A DNA stretch of 64,000 nucleotides from the NCBI GenBank assembly GCA_944381375.1, contig CALWKX010000036.1, positions 448 to 64,447 of the forward strand, written 5' to 3'. The DNA comes from an uncultured Lachnospiraceae bacterium. GTDB taxonomy: Bacteria; Bacillota; Clostridia; Eubacteriales; Anaerofustaceae. Position 1 is the stretch's first letter; the number at the start of each line of letters is the position of its first letter. Position numbers and translations under genes: made by a program. Positions 57,501-64,000 of the stretch are shown here, in pieces. Under the pieces are notes generated by a model. That model searched no databases, was not told the origin of the DNA, and was given only the letters and a program-made list of their open reading frames with translations.

Positions 57501-57684
57501 TTCTTGCAATAACGTGATGTATTCCGGGCGCTCCGTTTGCCGTTGGCGGTCCTTCATAAAAAACAAAGTTCGGCGCATCTTTTCTTTTATCTAAAGTTGC
57601 GTTTAGTATATCAATGTCCTTCCAGTATTTTGCTATGATTTTTTCGTTTTCGGCTGCTTGAGTTTTGCCAAGTTCTCTAAACAA
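54589..57684 (-). CDS. ileS: isoleucine--tRNA ligase, type 2 (long, eukaryote-like form)
   Basis: 1031 aa. N-terminus [26 protein letters not shown] (HIGH region). [8 protein letters not shown]. CP1 editing domain. TTG start with a GGAGG RBS. Confidence 0.95.
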   Translation of the reverse strand: [1031 protein letters not shown]

Positions 57685-57699
57685 GATTTATACCTCCGA

Positions 57700-57925
57700 A
57701 TAAAATAAAAAATCCTGTATAACAGGACGAAATAATTTCCGCGGTACCACCCGATTTGGATAAATCCCACTTTTTCCGGTTAACGCCCGATAACGTGTAT
57801 GCTTACTGTTGTTTCAGCATCAGGCTCCGAAGTGATTTTCAGATATATATTATGTTCCTTTCGCACCAAACAAGGACTCTCTTTTCAATAATATACAGCT
57901 TACTCTCTTCATCATTGCTTTTCTT
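57700..57925 (-). promoter_or_regulatory. T-box riboswitch leader of ileS
   Basis: The minus strand contains the conserved T-box sequence AATCGGGTGGTACCGCGG (57757-57739). It also has an AGAGAG...GGTGCGAAAGG stem I element, a candidate ATC (Ile) specifier, and the terminator GTCCTGT-TAT-ACAGGATTTTTT just before the RBS. A TTGACA-17-TAGAAT promoter lies at 57958-57930. Confidence 0.8.
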
Positions 57926-58026
57926 TGCTATTCTAACCCAACGATAAAGGATTGTCAATAAAGTAAAAAAGAATTATTAATTATTGACAAAACTCATTTG
58001 GTATTATATACTGTTAATCGCTGATT

Positions 58027-58100
58027 GCGGGTGTAGCTCAGTGGTAGAGCCCCAGCCTTCCAAGCTGGTCGCGAGGGTCCGATTCCCTTCACCCGCTCCA
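58027..58100 (+). tRNA. tRNA-Gly (anticodon TCC), encoded CCA
   Basis: GCGGGTGTAGCTCAGTGGTAGAGCCCCAGCCTTCCAAGCTGGTCGCGAGGGTCCGATTCCCTTCACCCGCTCCA. The anticodon loop is CTTCCAA. Confidence 0.9.
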
Positions 58101-58374
58101 TTGATAGAAAACTCACACTATTGTGTGGGTTTTATTTTTTTAATAGATATATGCCGCTTGCTGATATATGGCTTTATAATATTTCGTAATAGTGAATTGC
58201 GCTGAAAAATTCTATTTCAATTGTATTTATTTACAACTAAATTTTTTACATTTTCTGCACAGATGCAAAAATAAATTTTAAATATCTGCAACTATATAAT
58301 TTTCGCTGTATGGATATTGTATCTACTTTTTTAATATTGTATAATTTATTTAAATTTGAGAAATGGAGGAGATT

Positions 58375-59274
58375 ATGAATCATCAACAAGCACAAAGTAA
58401 GATGACAGACGTAATGGAGAAATTCCTTAACTTATCATCAAAAAAATTGCCTGATGATGTATATGATAAGCTTAAGGAATGTAGAGATGCAGAGACGTCG
58501 GAAATGCAAAAAGTTATTTACGATACTTATTTTGATAATCTCAACAAGGCTTTGGAGTTGGACCGTCCCTGCTGTCAGGATACGGGTCTTTTGCATTTTT
58601 ACATGAAGTGCGGATCTGAATTTCCCTATATGGCTGTTGTAGAACAAGCTCTGCACGATGCAACGGCAAAATCTACATACAGCGCACCTCTGAGACAGAA
58701 TACTGTAAATTATTTCGAAGAACGAAATACGGGAGATAATACAGGAGAACGTATGCCATGGCTGCACTGGGATATTGTTCCGGGCAGCAGCGATTTGGAA
58801 ATTTGCGCTTATTTTGCAGGCGGAGGATGCTGCCTTCCCGGTTGCGCAAGAGTGTTTACTCCTTCTGACGGTTATGCCGCAATTATTAAGTATGTCTTTG
58901 ATGCAGTGGCTGGCCTGGGAATTAATGCATGCCCTCCTCTTATAGTCGGAGTAGGGCTGGGACACAATATGGAAAATGCGGCGGTATTGTCCAAAATGGC
59001 GTATTTGCGTCCTTTGGGTACGCATCATCCCCACCCGAAAGGCAAAAAACTGGAGCAGGATCTACTTGCCGGGCTGAACAAGCTTGGAATAGGCGCGCAG
59101 GGAATACCGGGCAATCGTGTGGCTATGGCTGTCCACGTTGAATCGTCTGCACGCCATACTGCTACGATTGCTGTCGGCGTGAATGTTGCGTGTTATGCTC
59201 ATCGACGCGGCTTTATAACTTTCCATAATGATTTAAGCTATGATATTAAATCTTTCAAGGGGGTAACGCTGTGA
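58375..59274 (+). CDS. Fe-S-dependent class I fumarate/L-tartrate hydro-lyase, alpha (N-terminal domain) subunit
   Basis: Contains the CCQDTGL cluster-ligand motif and GGGC. The two-subunit layout is typical of anaerobe FumA/TtdA. GGAGG RBS before the ATG at 58375. Confidence 0.85.
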   Translation: MNHQQAQSKMTDVMEKFLNLSSKKLPDDVYDKLKECRDAETSEMQKVIYDTYFDNLNKALELDRPCCQDTGLLHFYMKCGSEFPYMAVVEQALHDATAKSTYSAPLRQNTVNYFEERNTGDNTGERMPWLHWDIVPGSSDLEICAYFAGGGCCLPGCARVFTPSDGYAAIIKYVFDAVAGLGINACPPLIVGVGLGHNMENAAVLSKMAYLRPLGTHHPHPKGKKLEQDLLAGLNKLGIGAQGIPGNRVAMAVHVESSARHTATIAVGVNVACYAHRRGFITFHNDLSYDIKSFKGVTL

Positions 59275-59885
59275 AAAAGATATTAACAACTCCTATTAAG
59301 GCTCAAGACTTAGAGGATATTCATATTGGCGATATCGTTTATTTAACGGGGCATTTGGTTACTGGGCGTGATGATGTGCATCGCAGAGTAGTGCATGAAG
59401 GAATGATAAGCCCATATGATTTTAATGGAGGAGCCGTATTTCATGCAGGCCCGATTGTGAAAGAAAGTCCTGAGGAAAATGTGCTTATTTCTGTAGGTCC
59501 GACTTCATCGATTCGTATGGAGGCTGACGAAAGCGAATTTATACGCATGACGGGCGTAAAGATGCTTGTCGGCAAAGGAGGTATGGGAGAAAAAACTACC
59601 GAGGCATGTCAGAAATATAAAGCTATTCACTGCGTTTTCATAGGCGGTTGCGCGGTTTCTGCTGCCAGTCATGTAGAGAAAATCGAGGATTGTTTCTGGC
59701 GCGAATTGGGTATGCCGGAATGCGAATGGGTAATGAAAGTAAAAGAGTTTGGGCCTCTGATCGTTTCAATCGATACACATGGCCGAAATTTGTTTGTTGA
59801 GAATAAGGCGAAATATGCTCAGCGCAAGGAAGAATGCGAAGCTCCGATTATAGAGAGCGTCAAAGATTACTTGGTCATAGATTAG
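59271..59885 (+). CDS. Fe-S-dependent class I fumarate/L-tartrate hydro-lyase, beta (C-terminal domain) subunit
   Basis: [20 protein letters not shown]...GPTSSIRME...GKGGMG pattern of FumA_C/TtdB. GTG start overlapping the alpha-subunit stop. Confidence 0.85.
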   Translation: MKKILTTPIKAQDLEDIHIGDIVYLTGHLVTGRDDVHRRVVHEGMISPYDFNGGAVFHAGPIVKESPEENVLISVGPTSSIRMEADESEFIRMTGVKMLVGKGGMGEKTTEACQKYKAIHCVFIGGCAVSAASHVEKIEDCFWRELGMPECEWVMKVKEFGPLIVSIDTHGRNLFVENKAKYAQRKEECEAPIIESVKDYLVID

Positions 59886-59925
59886 TATTGTCATTGCTCT
59901 GAATCAGTTTATAAAATTAATAAAG

Positions 59926-59953
59926 AAGCTGCGTATAATATTATACGCAGCTT
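59926..59953. terminator. bidirectional terminator between the hydro-lyase operon and rpmE
   Basis: AAGCTGCGTATAATATTATACGCAGCTT perfect palindrome. Confidence 0.7.
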
Positions 59954-59963
59954 GCTCATTTTA

Positions 59964-60164
59964 TTACTTGTTTTCGTATCTTCTTTTAAACCTGCCGACT
60001 CTTCCGCCTGTATCTACGAGCTTTTGCTTGCCCGTGAAGAACGGATGGCATGCTGAACATATTTCAACGCGGATCTCTTCTTTAGTAGAGCCTGTCTCAA
60101 ATGTATTGCCGCAAGCGCAGGTTACTTTGCATTTATGATATGCGGGATGGATACCTTCCTTCAC
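59964..60164 (-). CDS. rpmE: 50S ribosomal protein L31 (Zn-binding type A)
   Basis: [27 protein letters not shown]...[13 protein letters not shown]. Confidence 0.95.
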   Translation of the reverse strand: MKEGIHPAYHKCKVTCACGNTFETGSTKEEIRVEICSACHPFFTGKQKLVDTGGRVGRFKRRYENK

Positions 60165-60298
60165 TTCTTTTCACCTCTTTCATCTATCTAAATCTCATTT
60201 TTACTAATTCAACTGTTATATTATAGCAGGACGTTAAGCGATAATCAAATGTTTTTTTTAATATTCGTTTTATTATGTTGATTATCATTAGGATACCG

Positions 60299-61879
60299 CT
60301 ATTGTTTATCGCCGTAATTTTTTAAAACAGTCTTTACAAAGTCATTGTTTGATTTAGTACGCGACATGAGCTGTATAACTGATTCTGCGATAACGGAAAT
60401 CGACGAGCCCGAAAAAGTTTTTCTGACTGCAAAAGAAGCGGCCAGTTCGTTTTGGGAAAGAAGCAAATCTTCTCGCCGAGTACCCGAGCGTGATATATTA
60501 ATGGCAGGAAATATTCTGTTTTCGGATAATTCTCTTTCCAAGTGTACTTCCATATTGCCCGTGCCTTTGAATTCTTCATATATCATGTCATCCATTCGGC
60601 TGCCTGTATCTATCAGCGCCGTTGCTAATATGGTAAGCGAGCCGCCCGCTTCTATATTGCGTGCCGCTCCAAAAAATCTTTTTGGGAAATAAAGGCTTTC
60701 CGGATCCAACCCTCCTGATAAGGTTTTGCCCGAAGGAGGTACAATGAGGTTGCTTGCTCTGGCAAATCTGGTTATGCTGTCAACTAATATTACAACATCT
60801 CCTCCCAATTCTACAAGACGCTTTGATCTTTCCAGGACCATCTCGGCAGCTTTTATATGATTAGATGGTTTTTGGTCAAAGGTAGAAAAAACAACATCTG
60901 CATTTATGCTTCTCTGTATGTCGGTAACTTCTTCAGGACGTTCGTCCAAAAGCAGAATAATAAGTTTTGTTTCAGGATTGTTTTTAGTTATGGCGTTGGC
61001 TATTTGTTTTAATAGAATAGTTTTTCCTGCTTTAGGAGGAGAAACGATAAGACCGCGCTGGCCTTTGCCTATAGGAGCAAATAAATCGAGAATTCTTGTT
61101 GCATATTCATTTGTCGTTGTTTCCAGCACCAGTTTTTCTTTTGGGAATATGGGAGTAAGCTTATCAAATTCAGGTCTGTTTATAATTGTTTGAGGAGCCA
61201 TATTATTGACTCTTTCAACGTACAGAAGTGCATCAAAGCGATCGTTTTCACCGGAAAGGCGTATTTTCCCTTCCACATAATCTCCGGCTCTCAGCCTGTA
61301 TTTTCTTATTTGAGAAGGAGAGACATATATGTCGTCTTCTCCATACATGTAGTTATTTCGTCTGAGAAATCCATAACCTTCATGGTTCAGTTCCAATATT
61401 CCGCCGTGTGTTTTTTCATAAACGGAAATATCTTTTTCTGAGACTTGAGACATTATTTGTTTTTCTTCTTCCAATATGTCTTCACTTAACCGCCCGTTTA
61501 CTTCTTCAATAAAAAGCATAGCATAGTATTTTTCGCCGTCTTTAGGCGGCCTTACTTTGCCGCGTATCTCATCACCGCTTATGAGTTTGAATTTCTGCAC
61601 CTGAGAAGCTGAAACATAAATATATTCATCAGGATTGTTCATTTCATCATTGCGTAAAAATGCAAAGCCTTCAGGCAAAACCTGCACCCGCCCTGATAAA
61701 TCAAAGCTGTCAGCAACAGAATCTTTTAGACGCGAGTACTTTTTATCGCTTAAAGATTTTTTTTCTTTTACAGCTTCAATAAGTTCCGCTTTTGAAAATT
61801 TGCTGAATTTTGTAAGACCGATTGATTTTGCTAAAGCGCGCAGTTCAACGACAGACATTTTGTCAAATGTTTTTTCCAA
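60299..61879 (-). CDS. rho: transcription termination factor Rho with a duplicated N-terminal RNA-binding (CSD-like) domain
   Basis: Rho_N helix bundle ([15 protein letters not shown]). Two consecutive copies of the GFxFLR...IYVSxSQ...GD...GK.R motif block. Then the RecA-like core ([16 protein letters not shown]). Confidence 0.95.
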   Translation of the reverse strand: MEKTFDKMSVVELRALAKSIGLTKFSKFSKAELIEAVKEKKSLSDKKYSRLKDSVADSFDLSGRVQVLPEGFAFLRNDEMNNPDEYIYVSASQVQKFKLISGDEIRGKVRPPKDGEKYYAMLFIEEVNGRLSEDILEEEKQIMSQVSEKDISVYEKTHGGILELNHEGYGFLRRNNYMYGEDDIYVSPSQIRKYRLRAGDYVEGKIRLSGENDRFDALLYVERVNNMAPQTIINRPEFDKLTPIFPKEKLVLETTTNEYATRILDLFAPIGKGQRGLIVSPPKAGKTILLKQIANAITKNNPETKLIILLLDERPEEVTDIQRSINADVVFSTFDQKPSNHIKAAEMVLERSKRLVELGGDVVILVDSITRFARASNLIVPPSGKTLSGGLDPESLYFPKRFFGAARNIEAGGSLTILATALIDTGSRMDDMIYEEFKGTGNMEVHLERELSENRIFPAINISRSGTRREDLLLSQNELAASFAVRKTFSGSSISVIAESVIQLMSRTKSNNDFVKTVLKNYGDKQ

Positions 61880-62045
61880 GAAAAGACGTCCTCCAAAAAA
61901 AGATAAGGGGAAAAGTTTTTATAAAATGAGTATTAAATTAAAAGTATCATAACAAAAGATTATTTTTTTGTAAATATATTTTTGATGATTTATAAAAGCT
62001 TAACGCTTTAATGCTATAATATTACTTAAAGAGAGATATTATTCC

Positions 62046-63086
62046 ATGAAGACAAAAATTTATGACCTTACTGATAAGAGTATTTATGATGAAGCGATTA
62101 AACAAGCAGCGCTTGCCGTGAAAAAAGGAGGAGTTGTGGTTTTCCCTACAGAAACAGTATATGGCATAGGCGCTGACGCTTTTAATGTTGAAGCAATACA
62201 TAAAATATTTCAAGCAAAAAACAGACCGTTGGACAATCCTTTGATAGTTCATTTTGCGGATAAAAAAGATATCAATTTAGCGGCCAGCAATATCAGCGAT
62301 AATGCTTTGAAGGTTTCTGAAAAATTTATGCCTGGGCCTATAACTATAGTTTGCCATAAACAGAAAAATATACCGTCCTGCGTTACGGCTTGTTTGGATA
62401 CTGTAGCTGTAAGAGTCCCAATGAGAGAAAGCGCAAGAGATTTAATTCGTGCTTGCCAAACTCCTTTGGTAGCGCCAAGCGCGAATATCTCGGGAAAACC
62501 CTCTCCAACAGCTCCAGAACATGTAATAGAAGATATGAATGGTAAAGTTGATGTTATATTGATTGAAGGCAGGTGCGATGTCGGATTAGAGTCGACAGTT
62601 GTTGATTTTACATCAGGTGAGAAAGCCAGAATATTGCGCCCTGGCGGCGTTACTCCTGAACAGCTAAAACAGATAATTTTGCTTGAAGATTCTTACAAAC
62701 CGGTTAAGCAACTCAGCGTCAATGAAACGCCGAAAGCTCCGGGTATGAAGTATAAGCATTATAAACCGAATGCAAAAGTTGTCTGTCTTATGGGAGATGA
62801 AAAAAAAATAGTCGATTATATAAATAATCGTACAGCGTTAGAAAATAACCTGACGGCAGCGGCTGTTTTCGAACATCTCAAAGAAAAAATCAGTTGTGAT
62901 TATGTTTTTTCATTAGGTAATAAAGATATACCTCAAGAAGCCGGAAATCTTCTTTTTTATAATTTAAGAAAAGCAGACGAAGTACATGCAGGGATTATTT
63001 TCGTTATGTGTACTGATTACAAAGGTATAGGTTTGGCATATCATAACAGGCTTGAAAAAGCGAGCGATGAAATTATAACTTTTTAA
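62046..63086 (+). CDS. tsaC: L-threonylcarbamoyladenylate synthase (Sua5/YwlC type, with a C-terminal Sua5 domain)
   Basis: VVVFPTETVYGIGADAFN, KNRPLDNPLIVH and SANISGKPSP motifs. 346 aa. Confidence 0.9.
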   Translation: MKTKIYDLTDKSIYDEAIKQAALAVKKGGVVVFPTETVYGIGADAFNVEAIHKIFQAKNRPLDNPLIVHFADKKDINLAASNISDNALKVSEKFMPGPITIVCHKQKNIPSCVTACLDTVAVRVPMRESARDLIRACQTPLVAPSANISGKPSPTAPEHVIEDMNGKVDVILIEGRCDVGLESTVVDFTSGEKARILRPGGVTPEQLKQIILLEDSYKPVKQLSVNETPKAPGMKYKHYKPNAKVVCLMGDEKKIVDYINNRTALENNLTAAAVFEHLKEKISCDYVFSLGNKDIPQEAGNLLFYNLRKADEVHAGIIFVMCTDYKGIGLAYHNRLEKASDEIITF

Positions 63087-63098
63087 AAAGGTAGTAAT

Positions 63099-63584
63099 AT
63101 GAAAAAAAATAAAATTCTTTTCATTTGCACAGGCAATACATGTCGCAGCCCTATGGCGGAGGCTATAGCTAATGCAAAGTTTTGTGAAGCTGGGATGAGC
63201 GATGAGTATCAAGCAGTTTCAGCAGGATTGTTTGTCCCATTTAATGAACGCGCGTCAGAATATGCCGTCGAGGTATGTTTGTCTCATGGGCTTGATTTAA
63301 CAAGGCATTTTTCAAAGCAATTAACGGATGCGGAATTTGATAATGCATACATGGTTCTTGCAATGACAAATGCACATAAAACCGAATTATTAAAGAAATA
63401 TGGTGATTTCAGACAAAAAGTTTTCACTATTTATGAAATAGTTGCTATAATTGATAAGGTTCATAATATGGCGAATTATGATGTGACAGATCCTTATGGT
63501 TGCGAAATAGAAGCGTACGAAATGACATATGCATTGCTTGATAACCTTATCGAGAAAATTGTTATTCATTTGAAAGGCGGTTGA
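63099..63584 (+). CDS. ywlE: low-molecular-weight protein phosphatase (YwlE-like arginine/tyrosine phosphatase)
   Basis: ILFICTGNTCRSPMAEA (CX5R P-loop) and the DPYG motif. Conserved position between tsaC and rpiB. Confidence 0.85.
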   Translation: MKKNKILFICTGNTCRSPMAEAIANAKFCEAGMSDEYQAVSAGLFVPFNERASEYAVEVCLSHGLDLTRHFSKQLTDAEFDNAYMVLAMTNAHKTELLKKYGDFRQKVFTIYEIVAIIDKVHNMANYDVTDPYGCEIEAYEMTYALLDNLIEKIVIHLKGG

Positions 63585-63591
63585 TGGCTTT

Positions 63592-64000
63592 ATGAAGATT
63601 GCGATAAGCTCGGATCACAGGGGATATACACTTAAAAAATATATAATCGAAGTTTTTGCGAGTGAAAAATTTGAATTCTTAGATTTAGGAACTCACGGTA
63701 AGGAAAGCGTTGATTATCCTGATTACGGTATTGCTGCTGCTGAAGCTGTCAGTACTGGAGAATGTAGTATGGGCATTGTAATTTGCTCGACGGGAATAGG
63801 TATTAGTATCGCTGCAAATAAAGTAAAAGGCATAAGAGCCGCTCATTGTACAGATCCTTTCAGCGCAAGAATGGCCAGAAGGCATAATAATGCCAATATT
63901 CTCGCTTTAGGCGCTGATATTACAGGGACGGCCATAGCTGAAGAAACAGTGTTGAATTTTCTTACAGGCGAGTTTGAAGGAGGCAGACATCAAAGAAGAA
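63592..64000 (+). CDS. rpiB: ribose-5-phosphate isomerase B (partial, runs off the right edge)
   Basis: MKIAISSDHRGYTLKKYI...GIVICSTGIGISIAANKVKGIRAA...ARRHNNANILALG is the RpiB/LacAB family pattern. There is no stop before the window end. Confidence 0.85.
   Translation, partial: MKIAISSDHRGYTLKKYIIEVFASEKFEFLDLGTHGKESVDYPDYGIAAAEAVSTGECSMGIVICSTGIGISIAANKVKGIRAAHCTDPFSARMARRHNNANILALGADITGTAIAEETVLNFLTGEFEGGRHQRR

Overview
The window is a chromosomal segment of a low-GC, spore-forming Firmicute of the Clostridia type. spoIIP, gpr, T-box regulation and the rho-rpmE-tsaC-ywlE-rpiB synteny support that placement. From about 9.6 kb to 64 kb it is mostly ordinary core genome. That part holds translation genes (trmD, rimM, rpsT, rpmE, asnS, ileS with a T-box leader, hpf, rsfS), three tRNAs, clpB, secG, a membrane pyrophosphatase, recD2-comFC, rho, peptidases, a two-gene SufCB-type Fe-S module and a class I fumarate/tartrate hydro-lyase. 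It also holds a six-gene Na+-translocating biotin decarboxylase operon containing two paralogous family III CoA-transferases. Three things stand out. (1) The first ~9.6 kb is visibly more GC-rich than the rest and looks horizontally acquired. It encodes an XRE regulator and a ~1340-aa Upf1/Dna2-like SF1 helicase. The helicase carries a very long coiled-coil insertion, a C-terminal canonical HKD (PLD-nuclease) motif and zinc ribbons, which is a Mokosh type II-like architecture. A separate two-gene operon of unknown function follows (a 396-aa orphan and a 1059-aa WG-repeat protein). This is my best candidate for an undescribed or variant defence-type system. (2) At 34.4-36.1 kb there is a decayed type II CRISPR-Cas locus. 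Only the Cas9 N-terminus (RuvC-I and bridge helix) and C-terminus (PAM-interacting domain) survive, in different frames. No cas1, cas2 or array is present, yet an apparently intact, promoter- and terminator-equipped tracrRNA-like gene lies next to it. (3) Several smaller oddities are reported as findings: Rho with a tandemly duplicated RNA-binding domain, a two-ligase cassette spliced in front of rimM-trmD, and an RHH gene translationally coupled to clpB. All calls come from reading the sequence and the ORF translations. No database search or computation was run, and the GC and identity statements are by-eye estimates.
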